Shown here one piece after another: positions 9,791-18,686 of a stretch of 64,000 nt of DNA. The notes below the pieces were generated by a model. The model did not search any database. It was not told the DNA's origin and saw only the letters and a list, made by a program, of their open reading frames with translations. The DNA lies in the NCBI GenBank assembly GCA_020632255.1, contig JACKFX010000006.1:13399-77398 (forward strand), in the 5' to 3' direction. A program made the position numbers and the translations under genes. Numbering within the stretch: position 1 is the stretch's first letter; each line of letters begins with the position of its first letter. Origin of the DNA: Pseudomonadales bacterium. Lineage in GTDB: Bacteria > Patescibacteriota > Microgenomatia > UBA1400 > PJMF01.

Positions 9791-10408
9791 TTAATTAATA
9801 TCTCCAGGCCCACTCATTTTTTTGCGTTTATCCTGAAGCATCTGAGTTGCCTGCTTTTTCTTACTTCCGCCACCAGGACCTTGTGCGCCCTTTTGAGGGC
9901 TGCTGGGCATAATCACCTCGCTACTGGCGGCCTCATCCTCTTGTTTTCTCCGTGCAGCCTCTTCTTCCATCATCTTTTTACGTTGCTGTTCCTTCTGAAA
10001 TCTTTCTTGAACATATCTCTGCTGCTGCTCATCAAGATTTTGAAAATTTTGATGCACCGTCTTAAGTTTTTGCTGCTCCTCCGGGGTCATAGTTTTGGGA
10101 TCAAACCCAAACCATGTGGCAAAACTAAAGAACTCTTTAAGACCCACCACAACATCACTGCCCATTCGCTTCACCTCTTCACCAATGGTTCCCATCTCCC
10201 GAGGTTGTTGCTGTTGTGATTTCTGTGCGGCTGCCTGAGCCATCTGTTGAGGCGAAATAGTTCCACTCTGCTGTGCTTGGGCTTTGGCACCCATTGCCTG
10301 CTGCAAAGCAGCCTCATCCATATGTTCCGAGAGTCCTCCTGGAGCAGCATTAAAACCGCCACCGGGGCGCATCTGCATTCCACTGGGATTTGGTCCACCT
10401 GGTTTCAT
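9791..10408 (-). CDS. Hypothetical Gln/Gly/Lys-rich low-complexity protein.
   Basis: The ORF reaches 10621, but its upper part overlaps the upstream ORF. The Met at 10408 gives a 13-nt intergenic gap. The product is Q/E/K-rich, coiled-coil-like. Confidence 0.4.
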   Translation of the reverse strand: MKPGGPNPSGMQMRPGGGFNAAPGGLSEHMDEAALQQAMGAKAQAQQSGTISPQQMAQAAAQKSQQQQPREMGTIGEEVKRMGSDVVVGLKEFFSFATWFGFDPKTMTPEEQQKLKTVHQNFQNLDEQQQRYVQERFQKEQQRKKMMEEEAARRKQEDEAASSEVIMPSSPQKGAQGPGGGSKKKQATQMLQDKRKKMSGPGDIN

Positions 10409-10421
10409 AAAATAATCCTGC

Positions 10422-10790
10422 TTATACTTTGTCGTGATCCAGCTGGGTGATCTCAAACCCATCACTTGCTTGCTGTTTCTGTTCTGATTCTGCGGCTGCT
10501 TCTTCTTGCTGCTGCACACGAGCTTGGTACTGTGGAGTATCTTTAATTGTCTGTAAGAGCTCTTTTTGTTTTTCAAGTTGCTGAGCATCAACCTGAGCCT
10601 GCTCAGCCTGTTTCTGCTCAAACTCTATTCGTTTTTGTTCGAGTTCTTCTTCAGTGAGTTCAGCGGGCTTAGCTGGGTCTGTTTTCGCCCCGCCAGCACC
10701 ACTGCCACCTCCGCTATCCTTAAGGAGTTCCTCAAGAACGTCAAGTGGATTCTTATCATCTGATTTGGTTTGTTGTGCGTCGTCTGCCAT
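10422..10790 (-). CDS. Hypothetical acidic Gln/Glu-rich protein.
   Basis: Start MADDAQQTKSDD is preceded by GAAGG. The product is E/Q-rich and coiled-coil-like. It may be one gene with 9791-10408, split by a frameshift. Confidence 0.4.
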   Translation of the reverse strand: MADDAQQTKSDDKNPLDVLEELLKDSGGGSGAGGAKTDPAKPAELTEEELEQKRIEFEQKQAEQAQVDAQQLEKQKELLQTIKDTPQYQARVQQQEEAAAESEQKQQASDGFEITQLDHDKV

Positions 10791-10887
10791 CTTTGGATAC
10801 CTTCTCTTACTACTTGTGGAGGAGGGAGCTCTTGGCTTCCCTCCTCCACAATACGCTACTTTACCTATAGAAATCAAGTTCGAGCGA

Positions 10888-11253
10888 CTACATCACCGCC
10901 GGATCGGCATCAACTAAATCAGCATCCGCCTCCACTTTATGCTTTCTGTACACTGTTTGCTTTCGCTCGTAGTGTTTTCGCAACTGCCGCACAGCTCCTG
11001 AAGTTGCATCAACAATAGCGTCGTACATATTCACAGCTCGTTTGGTGATAACAATGTTCTTACCTGGAATTTCAATCAAGAAAGTGACCATATTTGAGAG
11101 CGGATCATTGGACTTTTTCTCAACTGTCTCAAGATGCACACGAACTTGTGTGGCATTCTTATTGAGCTTGACGAGTTTGCGAGTTTGTTTTTCGATAAAG
11201 GAACGAAGTGCGCTCGTTACTTTCATACGTTTGGACTCGACAATTACTGTCAT
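10888..11253 (-). CDS. hpf: Ribosome hibernation promoting factor / ribosome-associated inhibitor (HPF/RaiA/YfiA family).
   Basis: MTVIVESKRMKVTSALRSFIEKQTRKL...QVRVHLETVE...NMYDAIVDATSGAVRQLRKHYERK. An AAAGGGG RBS precedes the start. Confidence 0.8.
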   Translation of the reverse strand: MTVIVESKRMKVTSALRSFIEKQTRKLVKLNKNATQVRVHLETVEKKSNDPLSNMVTFLIEIPGKNIVITKRAVNMYDAIVDATSGAVRQLRKHYERKQTVYRKHKVEADADLVDADPAVM

Positions 11254-11499
11254 AGTACCCCTTTCCATCTCACTTGACGTGAGACTCTTTACTTCAGCAT
11301 GCCCACAACATACAAAAAACCGCCCTTCCTCAAAGAGGAATTGCGGCAACACAGAGTATGTTGTGAGACTTGCGTCATCTATGTATAGAGTAACAAATAA
11401 AACCAAAAGATCAAGAAATCAGAGTAGTGCTCTACTACTCAAAAAATAGTTACATTTTGAAGTTAAATGATATTGTTTGCCCCAAGAAAACAAGGGAAT

Positions 11500-12117
11500 T
11501 TACAATTTTCGGCGACCTTCAAGTGCTCGTGAGAGCGTCATGCCATCGGCATACTCAATGTCAGCACCAATTGGCAACCCATGACCAATTCGACTGACAG
11601 TCACCCCCCCATTACCAGTTTTTCCTTGCTGCTCTAAATATTCAGTAATATAGAGTGCCGTTGCCTCACCTTCCATAGTTGGATTAGTGGCCAAGACAAC
11701 TTCTTCAACCTCATCCAGGCGTTTCACTAAGTCATGCAAGTACAACTGATCCGGACCAATATTATTAAGCGGAGCGATCACTCCATGCAGTACATGATAA
11801 CGGCCTTTGAATGCGCCTGAGCGCTCAATTGCCAACACATCCAACGGTTGTTCGACCACACACAGCATGGTTTCATCACGGCCTTCATCGGCACACACTG
11901 GACAAGGGTTTGTCTCACTAACATTGTGACAAACCTCACATAACACCGTATTCTTTTTGAGCTTCAACAGATTCTCTGCAAAACTTTGTAGCTCATGGTC
12001 TGGATTATGGAGTAAATAAAACACTAAGCGTTGGGCAGATTTTGGCCCAACACCTGGTAATTTTTCAAAACTAGTGACGAGATCACTGACAGCTCGGGGT
12101 AACTTGATTCCACTCAT
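11500..12117 (-). CDS. recR: Recombination protein RecR.
   Basis: MSGIKLPRAVSDLVTSFEKLPGVGPKSAQRL, a C4 zinc finger (CEVCHN...CPVC), and Toprim. Confidence 0.9.
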   Translation of the reverse strand: MSGIKLPRAVSDLVTSFEKLPGVGPKSAQRLVFYLLHNPDHELQSFAENLLKLKKNTVLCEVCHNVSETNPCPVCADEGRDETMLCVVEQPLDVLAIERSGAFKGRYHVLHGVIAPLNNIGPDQLYLHDLVKRLDEVEEVVLATNPTMEGEATALYITEYLEQQGKTGNGGVTVSRIGHGLPIGADIEYADGMTLSRALEGRRKL

Positions 12118-12239
12118 AACTCTCACATCCTACTAGGAATTTTACCTTCTGCCAAGAAAGAACTTACTTTTTCTTTCCTTGAATCGCAGCTCTAACTGTT
12201 CTAATCAGAGAGCTTACTCTACCCACGTCCGTTTCTCTG

Positions 12240-12998
12240 TTATATGCATAGGGTCTAGTGAAGATTAGAGCGGATTTTCTCCCAAATTTCTGAGCAATAA
12301 TTTGTACAAATCATCATTACGATGGTTCCATCTCCATTCACTTTCTTTTAAGTGTACCAAAAATTTGTCTTTTCGTACACCATTTTGTTTTCTCATTCGT
12401 CTTTTGCAGAAGCTCCAGAACGATTCAATTCCGTTGATGTGTGATTTTCCCCTGACAAACTCATCTTTTGAATGATACACACGATAATGTTTAAAATTTT
12501 TGATGTCAATCAAACCGTCATAGCTTTTCCAACCGTCAGTATGGACTGTTGTTTCATCCAAAACTTTTCCTTGTAATATAGGTAAAATATTCTCTTTATC
12601 CGCATTTGAAATTATTTGTGTATAAACATTCCCACCTCGTTTCAAAATACCAAGCACAAGTACTTTTTGACCTGCTCCACGACCTCTTTTTCCTCTTATT
12701 CTTCGTGGTCCAAAGTAGCTCTCATCTACCTCAACTTCTCCTGAAAATGGTTGCTCATTTTCAAGCAGGCTCACCACTCTTTTTCTAAGTTTTTGAAAGA
12801 TATCATTCACACTTCTACGAGAAATGCCTGAGATTTCAGCTGTTACATATGTGTCCAAATCTTGTACAAAACACTTCAAAATTTGTCGAAAAATATGCTC
12901 TGAGAGTCGTGAGTATTTTGAATATCTATTTTTCATCGGTCTAGCAACCATATTAGCACCTTTTTAGTCGCTAATCTTCACTAGACCCATGCATATAA
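12240..12998. mobile_element. Complete small insertion sequence of the IS1595 family.
   Basis: Terminal inverted repeats TTATATGCATAGGGTCTAGTGAAGATTAG (12240-12268) and CTAATCTTCACTAGACCCATGCATATAA (12971-12998) differ by one indel. They enclose a single transposase ORF. No clear target-site duplication was seen. Confidence 0.8.
12265..12951 (-). CDS. IS1595-family (ISXO2-like) DDE transposase.
   Basis: 228 aa with ...SYFGPRRIRGKRGRGAGQK...DGWKSY... and an N-terminal HTH-like region. Confidence 0.85.
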   Translation of the reverse strand: MVARPMKNRYSKYSRLSEHIFRQILKCFVQDLDTYVTAEISGISRRSVNDIFQKLRKRVVSLLENEQPFSGEVEVDESYFGPRRIRGKRGRGAGQKVLVLGILKRGGNVYTQIISNADKENILPILQGKVLDETTVHTDGWKSYDGLIDIKNFKHYRVYHSKDEFVRGKSHINGIESFWSFCKRRMRKQNGVRKDKFLVHLKESEWRWNHRNDDLYKLLLRNLGENPL

Positions 12999-14429
12999 AT
13001 TGAAACTATCAAGCTCATCACTAAATTTCTCTTGAGCAACCGCCACAAAATCAGACAGCGAGTACCCTACAGATCCAAGCAATCCAGGCTGATCTCTATC
13101 ACCTAAAAACGGAATAACCTGCTCGAGGAACATAATCTCGCGCTGACAAAATTGAGACATCCGTGAATCAGGCGATTTTTGTAAAGCTCCTAGAGCTTTT
13201 CTCACTTTTTCCTCAACCGAGACTGTTCTTCCCTGAATACTATCCAAATAGAGTTTCAGGGCACCATTGTAACCAGCGGCACGTGAGATTGCGTGCTCTA
13301 CCAACTGATCAAGACTTCTAATTTCATCAGACTCTAGATCATTTTCATTACTTCTCTTGGCAATAAAATCGATAAAATGAAAAATCGTTTCTTCAATTGG
13401 AATGTTCTGTGGATTAACTAAAGAATCATCTTTTGAAAAGTAGCGGTACTCGTGATTAAACTCAAACTGAATAAGTGGCGGCTCAATGCCGAGTGAATGT
13501 GCAATAAGATCTGGCATACTCTCATGTAAGTCTTGATGATGGGTAGCCCACCGACCAATGTCATGCAACAACATGCGCACCTTCATTCTGTTCACGTCGA
13601 TGTTTCTATACGTCCCATCTTCTTGTCGAAGATACCCAAACGCTTTCTCTGGTAACACCTGCCCTGTCTGATTGGCTTGGTCAATCACTCTATTCATATG
13701 TGTGGTTAACTCCTCGGCAAACAATGGAGCCAACAAAACATGAGTACTTAAACGATGATAAAAGTTAATTTCTTGAGGAGTGTGCCCATCAGCGTCAAAT
13801 GCCTGAGGGTCAGTATCACGATAGTAGTACCTAACTTCATCCGAGGCATCTCCAGGCTGTTTCTTGTATGCAAACATCTCATCCCATTTTGGGTAGAGAT
13901 ACATATTGGTACCTGCTGGATACCCGTAGCCTTCCACTTGTTGGTTTTGATAGGCTCGAATCGCCTGCGACGATTCTCCATAGTTAGCGAGGACCTCATC
14001 TGGGATACCTTTTGCCAGTGGACTTAAATTGAGAATCACCTGACGAACTTTTTCAACTGTTACATCAGAAACTGCAACATCACTCCCTTCATTAAGAATC
14101 TCGGTATCTCCAAGGGCTTTTTTTAACTCGGCAGCAATATACTCAGTTCGTGCCAGAACCGATAAACACGCTTCTTTCCCATATTTCTCGAGTAATACAT
14201 CGCCATTCTTATCTTTAATTGGGCGCTTTGAACCATCTGAATTTCGTACATATCCAAAAATATCTTCAAGATGCTCCTGGGCAACCCTAAATGTTTCTTC
14301 TGGAGGAACGTCGTCTAAAAACTCAAAACCTTCTCTCTCGGTTTTTTCATCAGGGTTTTTATAGCCTAGATCAGAAGAAGGTTGATCGGCTCGCTCTTTT
14401 ATCGGCATACATTGATTGCATTCTAACAA
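12981..14429 (-). CDS. HD-domain (metal-dependent phosphohydrolase-like) protein of unknown function. Its C-terminus is altered by the IS insertion.
   Basis: 482 aa with an H..(LLHDIGRW)..H..D HD-superfamily motif. The last five codons (LYAWV*) lie inside the IS right inverted repeat. Confidence 0.55.
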   Translation of the reverse strand: MLECNQCMPIKERADQPSSDLGYKNPDEKTEREGFEFLDDVPPEETFRVAQEHLEDIFGYVRNSDGSKRPIKDKNGDVLLEKYGKEACLSVLARTEYIAAELKKALGDTEILNEGSDVAVSDVTVEKVRQVILNLSPLAKGIPDEVLANYGESSQAIRAYQNQQVEGYGYPAGTNMYLYPKWDEMFAYKKQPGDASDEVRYYYRDTDPQAFDADGHTPQEINFYHRLSTHVLLAPLFAEELTTHMNRVIDQANQTGQVLPEKAFGYLRQEDGTYRNIDVNRMKVRMLLHDIGRWATHHQDLHESMPDLIAHSLGIEPPLIQFEFNHEYRYFSKDDSLVNPQNIPIEETIFHFIDFIAKRSNENDLESDEIRSLDQLVEHAISRAAGYNGALKLYLDSIQGRTVSVEEKVRKALGALQKSPDSRMSQFCQREIMFLEQVIPFLGDRDQPGLLGSVGYSLSDFVAVAQEKFSDELDSFNLYAWV

Positions 14430-14438
14430 AAGTATTCA

Positions 14439-15083
14439 CTACAACTTAAGCACTGATTTTGTCTTCTCCCAAAGAGCTTCTTCAACAGCTTCTAAAGACT
14501 GAGAGGCATCAATAATGTGCCAACGACCAGTATCATCAGATTTTGCCAATTCTAAGTACGCATCGCGGACCTTAACGTGGAACTTATTTCCTTCCATATC
14601 TAGGCGGTCAACCTTGCCAGATTCCACTCTTCGCTGCAAACCAACTTCGAATGGTAAATCAAGCAAAAAAGTTACATCTGGAACCGTTTCTTTTGTTGAA
14701 ATAGCATTGAGTTTCTCTATCATATCTTTCCCGAAACCTCGAACCATACCTTGGTACACAACCGAGCTATCACGAGAACGATCCATTATCACAACCTTGC
14801 CAGCTTCGAGCGAAGGTAAGACAATTTCGCGATAGATTTGAGCCCGAGCTGCTTGGAACAATAACACTTCAGTGGTGAAAGCGATACCAATATTTTTGGA
14901 AGACAACACCACATCACGAATCTGCTCACTAATAACCGTACCCCCGGGTTCACGAAGAGCCACCACATCTTTCCCAGCTTTGGTGATACGATCTCGAAGT
15001 CGCACGATTTGAGTAGTCTTACCACCACCCTCACCACCTTCGAGAGTAATCAAAAAACCTGGTTGTGATGTAACTGCTGACAT
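14439..15083 (-). CDS. tmk: Thymidylate (dTMP) kinase.
   Basis: P-loop LEGGEGGGKTT, DRS... and a LID region. Confidence 0.9.
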   Translation of the reverse strand: MSAVTSQPGFLITLEGGEGGGKTTQIVRLRDRITKAGKDVVALREPGGTVISEQIRDVVLSSKNIGIAFTTEVLLFQAARAQIYREIVLPSLEAGKVVIMDRSRDSSVVYQGMVRGFGKDMIEKLNAISTKETVPDVTFLLDLPFEVGLQRRVESGKVDRLDMEGNKFHVKVRDAYLELAKSDDTGRWHIIDASQSLEAVEEALWEKTKSVLKL

Positions 15084-15181
15084 AGTCTGGTGTCCTTACT
15101 TGTTGTTTGTTGTGATTTGATACGAGCGGTAATTCTGAGTATACAGAACTTCTCTAAGTTTTCCCATTAGATTGGAGAAGT

Positions 15182-15928
15182 TCATACATTTCCCTTTGCC
15201 TTCTCTAACTCAGTTCTGAGTGCAATCTTCCCTACTTGGGAAGTGAGGTTGTACTCAAGCACTGTTAAGTTTGTCTCAGATTGAGTCCAGTCAACGAGCT
15301 GTTGATAGTGGGGCTGCCAATCACTCGGCAGTAAGGTTCGATTCACAGCCTTTCGAATCATTCGAGTTCCTCGCTCAAGATGCTGATACTTTCGGAGTAC
15401 TTCTTCATCACGAAGTTGACGACCAAGAACTGGACAAAATGCTGTGTACAGCTCCGGCGGTCGATTACGAAGTACTTTGTCAACTGTCCGCTGCATCTGT
15501 TCAAAAATAATGTATCCATTTGGCATGTGTATGCCAACTGATGCAAGGCGAGCAATTACTTCTGGAACAGCACGGTATGGATCGTCCATGGAATCCATAA
15601 TGACGGGACCGAGTTGATCAAGCGCTGCAGAATGACTACCGTACCCATTCGCCGTATGTAGAGTGCTCATCATGTCGATATGCTGAGCATTCCTCTGAAC
15701 CCAAGAGTAAAAGAACACGCCCACATCATTAAGCTCATCTTCACTGCGAACACGATTATACCGATCTGTTCCATATAAATCTTGTTCTGCTTCGTACTCA
15801 ACTAACTCACCTACAGCAAGCGACAATAAAAAATCTGGCGGAGCAAAGCGATCGACTTCTTCAAGCAAATCTAATACTTGACGCATAGCTCTTACTCTTG
15901 ATCTGGCTTCTAGAGCTGGATGCGACAT
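15182..15928 (-). CDS. Hypothetical protein, 248 aa, translationally coupled to the upstream gene.
   Basis: Its ATG overlaps the upstream stop (TAATG). No motif recognised. Confidence 0.5.
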   Translation of the reverse strand: MSHPALEARSRVRAMRQVLDLLEEVDRFAPPDFLLSLAVGELVEYEAEQDLYGTDRYNRVRSEDELNDVGVFFYSWVQRNAQHIDMMSTLHTANGYGSHSAALDQLGPVIMDSMDDPYRAVPEVIARLASVGIHMPNGYIIFEQMQRTVDKVLRNRPPELYTAFCPVLGRQLRDEEVLRKYQHLERGTRMIRKAVNRTLLPSDWQPHYQQLVDWTQSETNLTVLEYNLTSQVGKIALRTELEKAKGNV

Positions 15929-16968
15929 TATGTGAGTGTTCCCTCAAATACTGTTACTGTGTAGCCATGTTGGGCTGCTAAGACATCCATTTCATCTCGT
16001 TGTGCTCCAACGATCAATTCAAGCAGTGCAAGTACTTGCACCCCTATCATATGTGCATAAGCAAATTGCTCAAGCGCGAGCTCCGCTTCTTGATTTGGTT
16101 GATTTCTATCTGTCACAGCTTTAATTGTTTCGGTAGGAATGATATCTTCAACTGCATTTGCAAGGAGCTCAACTGTATTAGCAAGATATGTTTGAATCTG
16201 TTGCCAAGCCCCACCTAAACCAGCATCCATATACACCTCTAAGTACTCTTGCATTTCCTGTGTGACTTCCTGAAATATTTCTAGTTGTGCCGTATACAAC
16301 ACTTGGTCGATAGCATTGAGAACCGCAACACCAGACACATGACCCAAAGTAGCCCCAACCTCAAAAACAACTTCTTTATACCAGGCAGCAAAATCCTCTA
16401 TAGATGTCCAACTAGCCACTTCTCCATCTTCTGCTGCAACTTGTGCTTCAATCGATCGCTTATAGTTGACTGGTTTACCCATTTTGATGGCTCCTTCAAC
16501 CGAGACAAAATTTGAAGAGGTTCCCACCACATCACTTGAAATAACCAAAATGCTTTCTCCTGCAAATTCTTCACCAAAACGCCTGACTTTATTTACTGCC
16601 TCTTTAACAGGGTTGTCATTATCATCTGACTCATCAATCTGGGGATATGCCCAAACCGGGACCCCCTCAAACTCCCCAAGCTGAAGTGCATGCGTTAAAG
16701 CCAAGTCTCCATTGTAGATGTAGGTATTAAAGTACTCCTGAATTTCTTCAGGAGTTTGCAACCCAGCCATACCCGGGCCCTTAATTTGGAGATTGAGATT
16801 TGCTAGATGATCAAATGAAAAATCATGCAAAGCCCACGAAAAAATTACTGCTTTGCGCACGCTAGAAGTAGCGAAAATGACCTTATCTGGCCGCTCGCCA
16901 CGCCATACAGATTCATGCTCTGAAACACCAAAATGCTGACGGATTTCACGACGAACCAACTGAGACAT
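15928..16968 (-). CDS. Hypothetical protein, 346 aa, first gene of the tmk-containing operon.
   Basis: Long clean ORF with a 1-nt stop/start overlap with the next gene. No motif recognised. Confidence 0.5.
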   Translation of the reverse strand: MSQLVRREIRQHFGVSEHESVWRGERPDKVIFATSSVRKAVIFSWALHDFSFDHLANLNLQIKGPGMAGLQTPEEIQEYFNTYIYNGDLALTHALQLGEFEGVPVWAYPQIDESDDNDNPVKEAVNKVRRFGEEFAGESILVISSDVVGTSSNFVSVEGAIKMGKPVNYKRSIEAQVAAEDGEVASWTSIEDFAAWYKEVVFEVGATLGHVSGVAVLNAIDQVLYTAQLEIFQEVTQEMQEYLEVYMDAGLGGAWQQIQTYLANTVELLANAVEDIIPTETIKAVTDRNQPNQEAELALEQFAYAHMIGVQVLALLELIVGAQRDEMDVLAAQHGYTVTVFEGTLT

Positions 16969-17106
16969 ACGTTACAATAAAACCACAACATCTTGTGCTC
17001 ACGCAACCCGTAAATCACCACATTTAGGGTGATATCACAGTTGAAAAAAAGACATATGGGCACAAAAAGCAGTATTGAACACTAAATGTGTATCTGCTGA
17101 AAAAAG

Positions 17107-17553
17107 CTACTTTCGGCCTGTAGTTCCGTAGCCCCCACGGTCAACGCCATCGAGCTCATCTTTTTCTGTAAGTCGTACATGATTTTGTGCCAAAATGAGC
17201 ATCTGCACAACGCGCTCAGCACGTTCGATAACTACATCTTTTTTAGTGAAGTTAAACACTGCGGCTTTATATTCATCATTCGGCCCACGGAAATCATAAT
17301 CTCCCACACCAATGCCATTGGCCAACATGAGGCCATGCTTATGCAACGAGCTACGAGCTACCACTAATGCCCAGTATCCTTCGGGTAATTCTAGAGCAAT
17401 ATTGAGGGGAATGTAACCTACTGATCCAGCTGGGATATACACTTCTTCCCGGGCATACAAATCGAATGCGGCTGCTCCAGAGGTTTTATATTCTGGGACC
17501 GGCAGCGATTTGTCGAAGCGCTTAAACACTACTTCTAATGGCTTTTTACTCAT
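17107..17553 (-). CDS. dut: dUTP diphosphatase.
   Basis: dUTPase motifs (AGFDL-like GAAAFDL, RSSL, RGGYGTTG). Confidence 0.9.
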   Translation of the reverse strand: MSKKPLEVVFKRFDKSLPVPEYKTSGAAAFDLYAREEVYIPAGSVGYIPLNIALELPEGYWALVVARSSLHKHGLMLANGIGVGDYDFRGPNDEYKAAVFNFTKKDVVIERAERVVQMLILAQNHVRLTEKDELDGVDRGGYGTTGRK

Positions 17554-18067
17554 GGATCACCTCGTATTCATGTACTTTTGTTTGGTCTGAAAGGTCGTAA
17601 ACCTTCGTGAGTCGAACATTGACATCAACTGGAGCATTAAAGAGTCGCACCCCATCACCAAAAATAACTGGCTCGTAGGTGAGAAGTAAACGATCAATGA
17701 CTCCGGCTTGTAAAAACATCGTATAGACTGAGGTGCCTCCACAAATAAGGAGCTCTTCAACACCTTCTTCGGCTAAGCGAGCAACCAAGCTGGCTGGCTC
17801 TTCTGAAACAACTTCTATTTCATTTCCATGCGGATTCTCTACTCCTACACGACTGCTGTAGACATACATTTTTCGGTCTGAAAGTTTTCGATTAAAAGTT
17901 GCAAAAGTCTTTGAGCCCAAAACCATCTGACCAATCTCTTTGGAAACCTTGGCAAAAAAAGCGCCATCCTCTCTACTCGTCCACCTGGTAGATAAATGAG
18001 CATCATTTTGACCAATATAGCCATCTGCTGTCAGTGCTGCGATAAGGGTTACTTTGATAGATTTCAT
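17546..18067 (-). CDS. folA: Dihydrofolate reductase family protein (FolA / RibD-C-like).
   Basis: About 174 aa, IAALTADGYIG...LICGGTSVY pattern. It lies in the thymidylate cluster. Confidence 0.65.
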   Translation of the reverse strand: MKSIKVTLIAALTADGYIGQNDAHLSTRWTSREDGAFFAKVSKEIGQMVLGSKTFATFNRKLSDRKMYVYSSRVGVENPHGNEIEVVSEEPASLVARLAEEGVEELLICGGTSVYTMFLQAGVIDRLLLTYEPVIFGDGVRLFNAPVDVNVRLTKVYDLSDQTKVHEYEVIHE

Positions 18068-18119
18068 AGTCACTACTCTACCACAGATTCGAGAGCAAAA
18101 CGATTTGAGGTGTGCTAGG

Positions 18120-18686
18120 ATGGTTTTTATGAATGAAGAAAAGATGGTTTCTAGTTACGACAAAATTGCTGATATTGCCAACGCTTACCGTAAACTCGGC
18201 AAAAAAATCGTCTTAACACAAGGATCATTCGACATGCTCCACATCGGTCATGGCCGCTACTTAACCACTGCCAAAACCTACGGCGATGTCTTATTCGTTG
18301 GAATTGATTCTGATGAAAAGATTAGGCACCGTAAAGGCCCCGACCGTCCAGTAGTACCAGAGGAAGAACGTCTCGAAATGGTTACCTACATCTCTGCAGT
18401 CGATCACGCTATTGTCAAAGAACTTGGACAGCCAAAGTGGGAATTAATTAAACGAATTAAGCCAGATGTACTTATTGCCACCAAAGAAACATATACTTCA
18501 ATCCAAATCAAACAACTTGAGAAAATTTGTGGTAAAGTTATCGTGCTTGAACCAATGGCAACCACTTCGACGAGCGCCAAACTACGTTTGGTACAGATGG
18601 GTATGGCTAAGAAAATCAGCAAAACCCTTTCAACCAGAATCATTGCCACGATGGAAGACGTGATTGAAGAATTAAAGGCACTCTAA
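18120..18686 (+). CDS. Cytidylyl/adenylyltransferase-like nucleotidyltransferase (HxGH class, RfaE-domain-II / CTP-transferase-like).
   Basis: GSFDMLHIGHGRYL (HxGH). The ORF extends to 18054; the start was chosen at the first Met beyond the folA start. Confidence 0.6.
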   Translation: MVFMNEEKMVSSYDKIADIANAYRKLGKKIVLTQGSFDMLHIGHGRYLTTAKTYGDVLFVGIDSDEKIRHRKGPDRPVVPEEERLEMVTYISAVDHAIVKELGQPKWELIKRIKPDVLIATKETYTSIQIKQLEKICGKVIVLEPMATTSTSAKLRLVQMGMAKKISKTLSTRIIATMEDVIEELKAL

